A stretch of DNA of 64,000 nucleotides from a virus (taxonomy: Duplodnaviria; Caudoviricetes): the IMG/VR virus record IMGVR_UViG_3300013212_000088, positions 96,001-160,000 of that record, one strand, 5' to 3'. Below, one piece after another: positions 1 through 10,847 of this stretch (the stretch's first letter is position 1; each line of letters begins with the position of its first letter). The position numbers were made by a program, and so were the translations under genes. Under the pieces are notes generated by a model. That model saw only the letters and a list, made by a program, of their open reading frames with translations. It was not told the DNA's origin and ran no database searches.

Positions 1-2806
1 ATAATGACGCTGGTGTCAATACATTTTCATCAATAGTCAATCTAGCCGGTGAATTTGTTTTAAGAAGAAACTGATAGTTTGTAGTATCAGGAGACTTAAT
101 CAAAAAATCTAAAGTAGCAGTGTAATACGATGAACCTATTCCAGAAGGCTTAAGCGTATTAAAATTAATAGTGCTCAATGAACTTTGAAGTGTTTGTCTT
201 TGGATTAAAGAAAAATCTCTGTCATTTTTATAATCAGTTGAGCCTGCTGCAGCAAATTGTTTATAGGTTAAGTTAGAATAGTTTTCAGTATTTTTTGGGA
301 ATGCACCCTCGTACCATATATCTAAGTTTTTGACATAAACATGGAAACTGTCAGATAAAGAAACAAACAGAAACTTACCTGAAGTATCATCACTAATATT
401 AACAATTTTAGAATCAGTACCAAACTCATTTAAAGAAACCCATGAAGAAGGGTTTGAATTAGAATCATATGTAAGTTTGTATACTGTACCATTACTAAAT
501 CCAGCAACAATTGTGTCAAGGGCTGTAGAGTAAACCATTGATAGAGTTTCATCAAATCCAGAAGGGTTGTCTATATTGTTTATGTCTGCTCCATCAAAAG
601 TGTAAACATTTCCATCAGCACTACCAGAAAGTCCAGATGTTGCAATATAAAGTAAACCCTTGTTGGTAGCTAAAAGTGAAACTTTATTTTCAGTAAATGA
701 ATTAGAAACTAGAATAATTCTTTTATCTTGATACTTATATAGAGAAGCATTTTTTGACGTTGTTTTTTTAGTGCCAATATATAAAGAACCAGCATGAGAA
801 ATCAGTGCTGTAATAGGCGGTAATAAAACTCGAGTTGAAGTGTCTAATGGATTTTTAGTGTTAACAATTGTCCAGTAGTCTCCTCTGGAAGATTGTAATA
901 AATATCCCAATCTTGTTCCAGCATAGATGATAGAGTTATGAACAGTAGTACATAAAATAGTATCTCCAGCAGCTAAAGATGTATTGATTGCATTCCTTAT
1001 TAGTGATCCTTGAGAAACATTTATTTCATTATCACCAAAAATAGCAGCCTGGTTTGATGATGGTGAAGTAAATAGCTTAGGCTGACCAAAAGTGATTCCT
1101 GAATGCTTTTGCCATAATCCAGCTTCGTTTGTTACATTCCAATTGTAAACTGTAGAACCTTCGGTAAAAGGTGCCCAACCTCTAGGATTAGACCCTGTGA
1201 AGTCATCAGCATCTCTAAAATCAGAAAAATGAGAAACTTGAACTTCAGTTACATCAGACCAATCATCAATACCCGCAATAGTTAAAGTTCCACCAGTTCT
1301 TTGAAGAGTGTTGTAGTCACCCTTGTATACAACTCTAATATTTGAGAGCCTTGTAGATGTAGTGAACTTGTACCTAATAAAATCAATGGTTGTAATATCT
1401 GATACATTTATAAATAATGTTTGCCACTTAGCTGTAGGAGCTGTTTTAATTTCAACACTATAATTTTTAGAGACAGAAGAAGTTACACCAATATCTATCG
1501 CACTGACCAAAGGATATAGATAAGTTTGACTATCTGGAGTAAAATACATATTCAAAATATATGCATCTTCAGAACCTATTCTTTCGTATTTTGATATATT
1601 TGAAGAACCACCAAAGTTAGTAGCCTCATAAAGATTTTTACCCAAAATGTCTTGTGCCATAATGGTATTAGAAATAGCTGAACCATCTTTGAATGAGCTT
1701 ACAAAACCAAGATAACCTACTTGTTTAGCTGTTAGTCTTCTCCAAACACTACTTTCAAAAACTGCATAACTATAATCATCACTTGCCTTTACTGGTATTT
1801 TTATGTTGCCAGCAGAAGTGACACCAGACTTTATAATTGTTTCAAATGACAAAACTACCCAATAAATAGTTTGTGCATCTAAAGTTACGGGCAAAGCTGG
1901 AGTAATTGTAAAGTCTTGATATGAAGCACTTAATTGATCATATTGAATAAATCCAATATCTTTAATTTTATTATTTGGAATATCGCCAGTAGTATTAGAG
2001 TAAAGCGAGATTGTAACTCTACCTGCAGTATTACCAATTGCAGGATCAGAGCCAGTTTGAGTATATTTTATCCTTAAAATGAATGACTTAACTACTTGAC
2101 TGGTGCTAGATAAAAATTGCCAACCTTCCAAGGATGCTGAAGTAAGTAGTAAAGTTCTATCTGAAAAACCGCTTGTGCTAGTATCTACAGGGGCATAAGC
2201 TGAAAATGTTCTTACTTCAATTCCATCATCTGAATTGATTTTGTCATTTATAATAATAAGTCCATCTGGCGGTGTAGTATCCAATATAACTTCAGCGGAT
2301 GGATATGCTAATTCTCTTTTGAATAAATCAGTGTCATCAGTAAAAAATGTATTAGTATTACCAATATTTTGTTCGCCAGAATCTAACGCATTATTCCAGT
2401 TAACAGCATCAAAATAAAGTGGATCATATTCACTTACATTATTAGTAATATCAATTGCATTAAAGCTACTTACTGCTGTTGTATCTGTGTCTGTTAAATT
2501 ACCACTAAAATATTTTATAGATACAGTGTCATCAGAATTAATTTTTACATAAGTTTTAAGTTTTATGGTTGATTGTTCTACTTCAGTTCCAGTAGGGTTT
2601 AAAACTGTTGCAGATTTAACGCTTACAATTACATCATTAACATAAATATGAAACCCGGTTACTCCCGTAGATGGAAGTAATGGCAAGGTTACAATACCAG
2701 ATAAAGCTACATAAATTGTATATCCATCTGAAAGCACATAGGTATTACTTGTATCTAATGCTACTGTAAATGCCTTAAAATCTTGACTTGGGTTATTATC
2801 TTCCAT
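1..2806 (-). CDS. Large beta-rich virion/tail appendage protein, truncated at the window edge (>935 aa); not in the ORF track
   Basis: ATG at 2806, just after the TAA of 2812..5727. Spot-translation is open at both ends (MEDNNPSQDFKAF..., ...TLVNEDITLRAPSNTKLLF) and at 1845-2130 (RVTISLYSNTTGDIPN...TIYWVVLS). I did not translate every codon. Confidence 0.75.
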   Translation of the reverse strand, partial: MEDNNPSQDFKAFTVALDTSNTYVLSDGYTIYVALSGIVTLPLLPSTGVTGFHIYVNDVIVSVKSATVLNPTGTEVEQSTIKLKTYVKINSDDTVSIKYFSGNLTDTDTTAVSSFNAIDITNNVSEYDPLYFDAVNWNNALDSGEQNIGNTNTFFTDDTDLFKRELAYPSAEVILDTTPPDGLIIINDKINSDDGIEVRTFSAYAPVDTSTSGFSDRTLLLTSASLEGWQFLSSTSQVVKSFILRIKYTQTGSDPAIGNTAGRVTISLYSNTTGDIPNNKIKDIGFIQYDQLSASYQDFTITPALPVTLDAQTIYWVVLSFETIIKSGVTSAGNIKIPVKASDDYSYAVFESSVWRRLTAKQVGYLGFVSSFKDGSAISNTIMAQDILGKNLYEATNFGGSSNISKYERIGSEDAYILNMYFTPDSQTYLYPLVSAIDIGVTSSVSKNYSVEIKTAPTAKWQTLFINVSDITTIDFIRYKFTTSTRLSNIRVVYKGDYNTLQRTGGTLTIAGIDDWSDVTEVQVSHFSDFRDADDFTGSNPRGWAPFTEGSTVYNWNVTNEAGLWQKHSGITFGQPKLFTSPSSNQAAIFGDNEINVSQGSLIRNAINTSLAAGDTILCTTVHNSIIYAGTRLGYLLQSSRGDYWTIVNTKNPLDTSTRVLLPPITALISHAGSLYIGTKKTTSKNASLYKYQDKRIILVSNSFTENKVSLLATNKGLLYIATSGLSGSADGNVYTFDGADINNIDNPSGFDETLSMVYSTALDTIVAGFSNGTVYKLTYDSNSNPSSWVSLNEFGTDSKIVNISDDTSGKFLFVSLSDSFHVYVKNLDIWYEGAFPKNTENYSNLTYKQFAAAGSTDYKNDRDFSLIQRQTLQSSLSTINFNTLKPSGIGSSYYTATLDFLIKSPDTTNYQFLLKTNSPARLTIDENVLTPASL

Positions 2807-2811
2807 TATGC

Positions 2812-5727
2812 TTATCTATTTTGATTATACTTAATAGAGCTGTATTGACCACTTAAATAAAATGCATTATCAAAGCTTTTAGCAGTAAGTGCTCTTACAA
2901 TTCCTAAGATATCTCCAGTATTGGTTTGAATCTTTCTTTCAAATGAAGAGTTCTCTTGAATCCAGATTTCTTTGTCTGGCGAATAAGAGAAAATCTTTAT
3001 TTGTCTATCGTCTGGATTATCTGAAAATCTGTTAGTATTTAGACCATCACAAATAGCATATAAAGTGCCATTATGAAAAGTTAAAATCCTAGTTCCACCA
3101 GCAGAAGGGAATCTCCATGAATTGTGAAGATTCAATACTTTTTTACTGTTTGGATTGTAAGTACCACCTGCTATAAATCTTAGTTGAGTGTATCCAAACA
3201 AAGAATCATCATCAGTAGGAGTTAGTTTACCAATTTTAATTTTTGGTCTATCGTAATCAGAAATAGAAGTTTTAAAAGTATCAGCTACAATAAAGTTTTT
3301 GTAATCTAAAATAGGATAATCTTGATTTCCAGCCCAAACTTGAATATCTTTATCTTGAACTGTTATTCTCACTTTGGATGGGAATAAATTAATATCAAAG
3401 AAACTATCTTTATTTATAATCTGAACATAGTCTATATATGCATTTGTAGGTCTAGAACTATCTTCTGACAATCCATTGAACTCTATAGCAATTTGACTAA
3501 TAGATCCATGCCATGCTGGGCTTATTTCATACAAAACATAATCACTTGAGTTTTTAATATCAACGCCAGACCAATTTTCGAACTGCTGATTCTTGTAACT
3601 CCATGACAGTCTTATTTGACCCTTAGAAATTGTATATCCAGATTGTGCATTGATTTTGAGTTTAACAAAGACTTTAGTATTTGAGTTTACTTCAACATTT
3701 ACAGAACTATTTAAAATATAAGGATTGCCTGTTGCTCCCAATGTTTCTAAGAATAATACTTGAGTTTTCTTAGCAACATTGTCAACAGTATATTCATCTT
3801 GTTCTACCACTGATAAAGTTTCAATTAAACCGCCAATTTCCCAATCTGATGTTGTTCTTGCATCATAAAAGTTCCAGTTTTTAAGAAATCCAAAACGTGG
3901 CAAATCTATGATGGCTTGACTGTTTCCACTTGATAATTTAATTTTTTGGAAATTAAACTCTAATTTATATTGTCTGTAACCATCAGAAACTTCTATTCCC
4001 TGATAGCCTTGCTTAATATTTTCAAGCAAATCAACATATGAATTATTTGCAAAATTATTACTAAAACCTATCCAATAAGGTTCAGCATCTTCATTTGAAT
4101 ATTTTTTATAGCCAGCATTAAATAAATCTAATTCTATTGTGTGCTGTGGTTTGTAAAAATTAAAATTACCAAGATAAACATCATTTGTATCAATAAGGTA
4201 TCTGGTATTAGAATTAATGCTTCCATTTTTAATAATGAATCCAACTCTGACAGAAGAAGCAGTGTTAAATGAAGCTCTTACTAAATTATAACTTCCACCA
4301 GAAAAGGCTACTTTATATATTCCATTCTGTGATTCTGTAGTTTGATCTTTAAGTAAGACTGTTGAATTGATAGCTGTTTGGAATCCATCAATTATAGGAA
4401 GGATAGTATTAGTCAAACTAACATTTTCAGTTGATGCGCAGTCAACTTCATTAAAAGCTAATTGCGTAGATGTTTTATCAAGGACCTGTTCCCAATCTGA
4501 ACCTGTTGTAAACTCAAATGCAGTTTCAGCATTTGCAACACCAGTAACAAGCATCAAATCTTTTACTTTACTTGGATTAGAAAGATCATATAGAAACTGA
4601 TGATTTACGTTTGAGTGAAATCTTGAATTAGTTACGCCGCCTTGAGTATAAAATTGCGCTGGTGAAGGGTCATCAATAAAACTTCTATCAAAAATCTGTG
4701 TACCCCATTCTTCGTCATTTAAAGGGTTGTTAATTTTGACTTCTGAATACGACCAAATTTCTGGGCGATTAGAAATACCAGCAAACAATTGATTATGACC
4801 CACTTCAAAACATTGTATATCGAATGTCTCTCTGTCGTAATCTTCAATGTTGTCTGGAATTAAAATATAAATCTCAGTGGATTCAGTTTCAATTATTACC
4901 TGTTCATTTGCATCAGAAAGGAAAGAATCAGGAGGATTTAATTTACTTTCTGGGATTCTTGAATATATTCCAAATTGATTATTCTTCATACCCAAAAAGA
5001 GTTTATTAAAAGCTGAAGCCATGCAATTTACGCCTGGATTAGAAAGATCTCCAACTGCTTCCCAGGTATTGCCATATTGTGCTTCTGCTAATTCTGCTCT
5101 AAAAAGGCTTGTGTCATCACTACTTCCAGCATACAAATATGGAATTGTTTCATGAGCAAATTGATGTATGCATAAAGCTGATACTGGTTTTAATACACCT
5201 GAATTGGCAAATTGATATACTTCTTTAATTCTAATTCCATCATAAAACCAAATCTTTCCAGACACACCACCTAAAAATAAACCTTCGTCGCTGCTTACTA
5301 CAGACAAGATTGCTCTTTCATTTTGGTAAGTAAAATCAATTAAAAATTGAGGTCTTTCTTGATTTCTTTTCCAAATTGATGCAACATTTTTTACGACCTT
5401 AACAGATACTGAAGTGGCGCTTGTTACTGGGTAATCTGGATCAAAAATTAATAAGTTGTTAGCTTCATCAATACCAAAAGCATTATTATTAGGTGCGCCA
5501 GTAATTGTTATAGTATCTGAAGAACTTAAAACAATTCTTCTACCTATTGAACCTGTATCTTGTGAAATTAAATAATATGCAGTATTGTCATCATAGTCAG
5601 TGTTTTGAGAATTAAGTAGAGTAGCATAATTATATGTAGTCTGAGTGATTCCCATCATATACAACCATGATTTAGAATCAAACTTACTTTGCCAAACTAT
5701 GCTTTGATTAAATATTGTGCTACTCAT
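2812..5727 (-). CDS. Virion structural protein (beta-propeller-like segments plus a fibre-associated KDQ..QNGIY module)
   Basis: 971-aa ORF. It has repeats such as LFLGGVSGKIWFY, LYAGSSDD and LFAGISNRPEIW, and the module EVDCASTENVSL..IIDG..VLLKDQTTESQNGIYKV typical of phage tail/fibre proteins. Confidence 0.65.
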   Translation of the reverse strand: MSSTIFNQSIVWQSKFDSKSWLYMMGITQTTYNYATLLNSQNTDYDDNTAYYLISQDTGSIGRRIVLSSSDTITITGAPNNNAFGIDEANNLLIFDPDYPVTSATSVSVKVVKNVASIWKRNQERPQFLIDFTYQNERAILSVVSSDEGLFLGGVSGKIWFYDGIRIKEVYQFANSGVLKPVSALCIHQFAHETIPYLYAGSSDDTSLFRAELAEAQYGNTWEAVGDLSNPGVNCMASAFNKLFLGMKNNQFGIYSRIPESKLNPPDSFLSDANEQVIIETESTEIYILIPDNIEDYDRETFDIQCFEVGHNQLFAGISNRPEIWSYSEVKINNPLNDEEWGTQIFDRSFIDDPSPAQFYTQGGVTNSRFHSNVNHQFLYDLSNPSKVKDLMLVTGVANAETAFEFTTGSDWEQVLDKTSTQLAFNEVDCASTENVSLTNTILPIIDGFQTAINSTVLLKDQTTESQNGIYKVAFSGGSYNLVRASFNTASSVRVGFIIKNGSINSNTRYLIDTNDVYLGNFNFYKPQHTIELDLFNAGYKKYSNEDAEPYWIGFSNNFANNSYVDLLENIKQGYQGIEVSDGYRQYKLEFNFQKIKLSSGNSQAIIDLPRFGFLKNWNFYDARTTSDWEIGGLIETLSVVEQDEYTVDNVAKKTQVLFLETLGATGNPYILNSSVNVEVNSNTKVFVKLKINAQSGYTISKGQIRLSWSYKNQQFENWSGVDIKNSSDYVLYEISPAWHGSISQIAIEFNGLSEDSSRPTNAYIDYVQIINKDSFFDINLFPSKVRITVQDKDIQVWAGNQDYPILDYKNFIVADTFKTSISDYDRPKIKIGKLTPTDDDSLFGYTQLRFIAGGTYNPNSKKVLNLHNSWRFPSAGGTRILTFHNGTLYAICDGLNTNRFSDNPDDRQIKIFSYSPDKEIWIQENSSFERKIQTNTGDILGIVRALTAKSFDNAFYLSGQYSSIKYNQNR

Positions 5728-5738
5728 TTACAGTCTCA

Positions 5739-8700
5739 TTACTTTTTAATTTTAATTATTTTATTCCACTTTACTTCAGGTTGTGTTATATTGTTGCCAT
5801 AGTCTCTAAAAGCTATTTCAACTTTCTTAACACCATCTGATTCATTGGTAAATAAAACTGGTGCATATGAATTGTACATTTGCCAATTTGACCAGGTGGA
5901 AGGACCATCATTATAGACTCTTCTAATTTTGAAGTCTTTGATACCAGAAACTGTGTCTGTTCCATTAACTTTTAACCATGAGTTTACTTTATTTGTTAAT
6001 GTAACTTTGTTATTAGTCTCTAAATTGTAAAACTCTATTGTTCCAAAAGGAGACTCTGTGTCAACTGCTGCAATCGCTTGTGCAACAAACGTATATGGAT
6101 ATGATTCAGATATATTTCCAGCAAAGTCCATTAATTGAACCCATACTTTACGAGCTCCTGCATATCCAATGTTTTGTTGTGCGAAAAGATTATTTGAAGC
6201 ACCGGCATAATCATATCTAGAAGAACCATGGAAGAAAACTGTGTAAAGATTATCCCCTTGATAATTAGTGAAAAGATCCCAGCTCTGCCATGGTTCAAAA
6301 TAAATCAAACCATAATCAGTTTCTTTGGCAAATCTAAACGCTAGAATACCAGAAGCATCATCTATTGCAATAATTTCAAAAGTGGCTGTTCTAACTGTTA
6401 CTTTGTCATGTAAAGAAAGTGTTGGTCTTAAAGCTAAAGAAGAAGTTAAATCAGCTGGACCTTTGATATCAATCTTTACTGGTGATGAAATATTTGATCC
6501 ATCACTTGATAAACCTGAATGTGATATAGCTGATATTCTTGCTTGTTGAATTGATAAATGTGTAGTATTAGATCTTCTTTCTGAATATCTTGCAAATAAT
6601 TTAAACCACAAATCAGACGCAAGATTCCAACCAGCATATTTTCCAGACTCTATCTTGTTACCAGAATCATATTTAATTCCGTTTGCTGTTCCTAAATCAC
6701 ATCCCATTGGAGTGTTAACAGCAAGCCAGATCTTATCCCCTGCATCTAAACTAAGTAAATTGTTAGCAAGAACAAACTGAACTAAATCATTGTTGCTTTT
6801 TAGAGTAGAAATTGACGAAGATATGTTTTCAGAATTTAATGAAATCCAATCAGTCAAAGGGCTATCTGGAACATTATTTGCAGAGTCATTAGAGTAGAAT
6901 CTAATTTTGAACTCATCATAAGGAAAAGATGTTTCAGCAACTGTCCATTTTGATTTTATTTCAAGCAACAAAGGATTCATTGAAGTAGAAATAAAACTTG
7001 AGAAAGATGATATTTCTATATCCTTGAACCAAATTGTGCTGTAAAAATATCTCTTAACCCCTTTTCTCTGGACAAACCAGATAGTATTGGCATTTACTGT
7101 TCCAGAACTTACAGTAATTTTTTGATTATTTACATAAGAATCATAAATTGTAAATGTAGTGTTATTGACTTTTTTGTAAATCTTGTTGTATGAATTGTCT
7201 ACTTGATCTTTAATAATTATCAAATCATTTACATTAAGACTAGCTATAGACACACCATCTATTGAAGTGGTGGTTTTCAGAAATAATGTGCTTCCAACTA
7301 ACAAAAGATCATCAATATTTCCACCAGCTGAAGCACAAGACACTCTTAGGTTTGTAGCATCGCCAGCTTGAGGTGCAGAATAATTAAAACCATCAAAATC
7401 AGTATTGGAACTCATCAAAACTTGTCCCAAATATGGTTTTGATTTACTAGCTCCTTCATTTGCTAACATAAAAGATCTTATGCTTTCGGGCTTATTAAAA
7501 TAATCTTTCTCAATTCCTGGTAATGATCTAAATGTTGCTTCATATATAAAGTTTTCATCAGATGTAAGTCCATAGCCATCTTCTTTAAATCCAAAGCCCA
7601 CATAATATCCTAATCCATTTGCGTTAGGACTGAATTTTTTTGATAACTGAATGTAGCCTTCAATATTAGTCCCTCTTCTCAAACAGACCCATGTTGCATC
7701 AGCTGACTTTCTTTGACTTGTACCAACCAGGCCTTCAGGATTAAAATCTGTTATTTCAATTGTATAGGTATCATTTTCAACACCTGTAAGTGGTTTGTAT
7801 GCCCTTAATACATAACTTGATAAAGAATTATCAGAGTTTCTTTGACTTACATTTACTTCATTCTTGATAGCACTAAATCTAACAACAAGAGTTTCATTAT
7901 TTGTGTAATCTTCTGATAAATTATATTCAGGATCACAATTAATACCTAATACGCTTGCATAATTGAAATCTGTTGGTAAGTTTGTAGCAAAAACAACATA
8001 AAGCTCATCGCAATTATGTTTATAATTTAATGTTATACTAGCTCTGTTTGACAAAGATGGTTTTAAAAATTGAAATTCTTGATAACTTGCAGCAAAAGGA
8101 GTGTCTACAGAAATATCTTGTATTTTTGGGACTGTGATCTTATCAGTGTCATAAGTTAGAATTGTAGTAGATGATTGTTCAAAATAAGATGCTAGTTTCA
8201 TCTCTTCATCAAAATATACATCCCAATTTGAAGTTATAGATGATATTGGAAAGTTTAAACTTGTAAAATCATCATTCTTACAATCACCTAAATCTGCTGC
8301 AATTATGGAAGGCCCGGAGGCAGCAATTATCTCTTGAACTTTAACAGTCACACCAATCGCACTAGAGCCATTGTAAAAAACATTAAACTGAGGATAAAAA
8401 TCAACAACTTGTGGTGGATAAGGTATTAAAGAGCGAGATAAAAGGTAGCTTTTTTTATCCAAATTAGAAACATGAGTAGAACCAATGTTTTCAGTAAAAT
8501 AACTTTCTACTAAGAACTCATTATTTCCCGTGTCTTGTAAATAAGTTTCAAATATTCCGCCATTCAAAATCTTAGGAGTAATATGGGCTGGTAATGTAGT
8601 TCTTTGATATATTGATGATTCACCAATAGATGCAGTCACATCATACATAAAAGATTCTGGAAAGGTCAAATCACTTACATCGAGCCTGGTAACAATTTGG

Positions 8701-9782
8701 TCTTCATCTGTAGCAGATTGTGTCTTAATTACATTGTAAAAAGAAATTGTATATCCATTTCCAGCGTTTGCAGTATTTAAAGTATATTTTGATTGAACAT
8801 AGAATCCATTGTTTGTTGAGTCTAATGTTAAACCAGTGTCACCGTCAAAACACACACCTTTGGTATATGATGAGCCACTTGAATACAATCTAAAATCGGT
8901 GTTGATATCAGCTGTTGATGGAGAATTATAGGTAAATGTAGTTGATGGATTTGGAAGTCTAGTGCCTGAACGTGCAAAACCATATGTTGTAAACGAAAGT
9001 GCAGCTAATGGACCTACAGCTGGAGTGCCTAAAGTTGAATAAAATATGTTTGTATTTCCAATGGCTGAGTTTAAGTTGTATGATCCAGTTAGCTTAGCAA
9101 CTTCAATAATACTGCCAAGGTATGCAGATGGTCCATTTAAATAAGTTTCATTAGCATCTGAAGACCCTTTAAATGTAATCAAAGAATGAGCGCCAGTCCA
9201 TCCACTTTTTAGTGCTGAATATTCAACTTGGGTTGGCGTTGTTGGTAATTGTCCTTCCCAATATATTTGGTCAAAAACTCCACCACCATTAGGATATTCT
9301 GCCTGATCATCTCCAATAGCAAGAACAACTTTCATGTAAACAGTTGAAAGTCCACCATTTGCACTCAATGGCCAGTTATTAATTAAAAAATAACCTGTTC
9401 CTGCTGCTGATGATGTGCTAGAGATTGATGATAATGAAGTATCGTAAAAATATTGTGGATTTAAATTAATTGTGTAATCTAAATCAGGATCGTATTCTGT
9501 TGGGACAGCTGGGAAATTGCTGATTATTAAAGTTGCAGAAGGATCAAACTGTGGATCGTTTGAAATATACAAGTTTTTAATTCTTGTAGGTGTGTAAATA
9601 GTTTGTCTAGTTTCAGCATCCCTTACTTCAAACTTAAATTTTAAAAGATTTCTATTAAGATCTAAATTAGGGTCTTGCGATGATTTCTTATTGACATAGA
9701 TTTTACCTAGCTCAATGAACTCTGAATTGAGTGATTCGCTTCTTAAATTGTCAGGTAAAATAATCTTAGTTGAAAACGCCAT
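5739..9782 (-). CDS. Virion structural protein with C-terminal Ig-like repeats
   Basis: 1347 aa, S/T/N-rich. C-terminal DTESPFGTI...GTDTVSGIKDFKI...WSNWQ...RDYGNN and DDASGILAFRF...RDFAGN-like Ig repeats; IDGV...IIKDQ..NKIY module. Confidence 0.65.
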   Translation of the reverse strand: MAFSTKIILPDNLRSESLNSEFIELGKIYVNKKSSQDPNLDLNRNLLKFKFEVRDAETRQTIYTPTRIKNLYISNDPQFDPSATLIISNFPAVPTEYDPDLDYTINLNPQYFYDTSLSSISSTSSAAGTGYFLINNWPLSANGGLSTVYMKVVLAIGDDQAEYPNGGGVFDQIYWEGQLPTTPTQVEYSALKSGWTGAHSLITFKGSSDANETYLNGPSAYLGSIIEVAKLTGSYNLNSAIGNTNIFYSTLGTPAVGPLAALSFTTYGFARSGTRLPNPSTTFTYNSPSTADINTDFRLYSSGSSYTKGVCFDGDTGLTLDSTNNGFYVQSKYTLNTANAGNGYTISFYNVIKTQSATDEDQIVTRLDVSDLTFPESFMYDVTASIGESSIYQRTTLPAHITPKILNGGIFETYLQDTGNNEFLVESYFTENIGSTHVSNLDKKSYLLSRSLIPYPPQVVDFYPQFNVFYNGSSAIGVTVKVQEIIAASGPSIIAADLGDCKNDDFTSLNFPISSITSNWDVYFDEEMKLASYFEQSSTTILTYDTDKITVPKIQDISVDTPFAASYQEFQFLKPSLSNRASITLNYKHNCDELYVVFATNLPTDFNYASVLGINCDPEYNLSEDYTNNETLVVRFSAIKNEVNVSQRNSDNSLSSYVLRAYKPLTGVENDTYTIEITDFNPEGLVGTSQRKSADATWVCLRRGTNIEGYIQLSKKFSPNANGLGYYVGFGFKEDGYGLTSDENFIYEATFRSLPGIEKDYFNKPESIRSFMLANEGASKSKPYLGQVLMSSNTDFDGFNYSAPQAGDATNLRVSCASAGGNIDDLLLVGSTLFLKTTTSIDGVSIASLNVNDLIIIKDQVDNSYNKIYKKVNNTTFTIYDSYVNNQKITVSSGTVNANTIWFVQRKGVKRYFYSTIWFKDIEISSFSSFISTSMNPLLLEIKSKWTVAETSFPYDEFKIRFYSNDSANNVPDSPLTDWISLNSENISSSISTLKSNNDLVQFVLANNLLSLDAGDKIWLAVNTPMGCDLGTANGIKYDSGNKIESGKYAGWNLASDLWFKLFARYSERRSNTTHLSIQQARISAISHSGLSSDGSNISSPVKIDIKGPADLTSSLALRPTLSLHDKVTVRTATFEIIAIDDASGILAFRFAKETDYGLIYFEPWQSWDLFTNYQGDNLYTVFFHGSSRYDYAGASNNLFAQQNIGYAGARKVWVQLMDFAGNISESYPYTFVAQAIAAVDTESPFGTIEFYNLETNNKVTLTNKVNSWLKVNGTDTVSGIKDFKIRRVYNDGPSTWSNWQMYNSYAPVLFTNESDGVKKVEIAFRDYGNNITQPEVKWNKIIKIKK

Positions 9783-9856
9783 TTAGAGCACCATGTTATA
9801 TTTTTTTGGGAGATCTTTAATGAAATTATTCTCGTAAAAGAACTCTTAACCCTTGA

Positions 9857-10843
9857 CTAACTTATAAGGAAATCAAATTGTAAAGGTATATCTCTTTGTA
9901 CAGTTACGGGAGAATAGACATCTAAGTACATATATCCATCAACATATTCAACATTGTCTTGTATACCAGATTTGTGAAATATATATTCAGCATAATAAAT
10001 TGAAATGTTTTTGGATGTATCTTTATGAAGCAAAGTCATGGAAATATACTCAGCTGCTTTAACAGTATCTAGCCCATTTGGAAGATAAAGTTTTAATTGG
10101 CATTTAGAAGAAGATCCAATTGTAAGTGTTGACTCTAAAATAGAATTACAAACAATCTTAAAGTAAAGTAGCTTATTCATTTCACCCAGACCAAGGTTGT
10201 ATGCATTCTTTTCAGACTCAGTAAGAAATGTACTGTCTTCTGCTGGAACTGTAGAAATGATAGGTACTCCTTGCCTTATTAGTCTTGGTAATTTAAAAGC
10301 TGGGTCTGCTGAAGATGTAACTGATTTTGAAGAACTATAATAATCAAAAATACCAATTGAAAACTCTGGCTTTCTTACTCCAAAAGGTATAGTAGGTAAA
10401 CCAGAAGGGCTAGTAAAAGCAACTACATCTGGAATATTTAATTTTCTAATTCCTGTATCTTTTGCTTGTAATTTAAGGTTTGCATTATCGTTCAGTAATT
10501 TGACTAAAATTGTGTTATTAGAATTAAACTCAAACTTACCAAAATCAATTGAGAGTTGTAGTTCGTCATCTAAAGTTAAAGTTTTTTCATCAATTTGGTT
10601 AATTTTAACTTCATCAATCTTAATTGCAAAAGAGACGCTATAGGAAGCTTCTTTACTTATTTCAAAAATTAAACTCTCATCAGATTCGATGATTGTAGCT
10701 TTGACATTTTTTCTTACAAAAATTACTGGGTTAAATTGATTTGTATTTTCTATAAAGTTGTCAGGAGCAGAGACGAGCTTTATATCAATCTGCCTGTTGT
10801 TGATTGTGGTTTGTATTGATGGGTTTCTTGCAGATATATTCAT
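9857..10843 (-). CDS. Hypothetical protein in the virion operon
   Basis: 328-aa ORF co-oriented with and tightly packed among structural genes. Confidence 0.6.
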   Translation of the reverse strand: MNISARNPSIQTTINNRQIDIKLVSAPDNFIENTNQFNPVIFVRKNVKATIIESDESLIFEISKEASYSVSFAIKIDEVKINQIDEKTLTLDDELQLSIDFGKFEFNSNNTILVKLLNDNANLKLQAKDTGIRKLNIPDVVAFTSPSGLPTIPFGVRKPEFSIGIFDYYSSSKSVTSSADPAFKLPRLIRQGVPIISTVPAEDSTFLTESEKNAYNLGLGEMNKLLYFKIVCNSILESTLTIGSSSKCQLKLYLPNGLDTVKAAEYISMTLLHKDTSKNISIYYAEYIFHKSGIQDNVEYVDGYMYLDVYSPVTVQRDIPLQFDFLIS

Positions 10844-10847
10844 GTCT

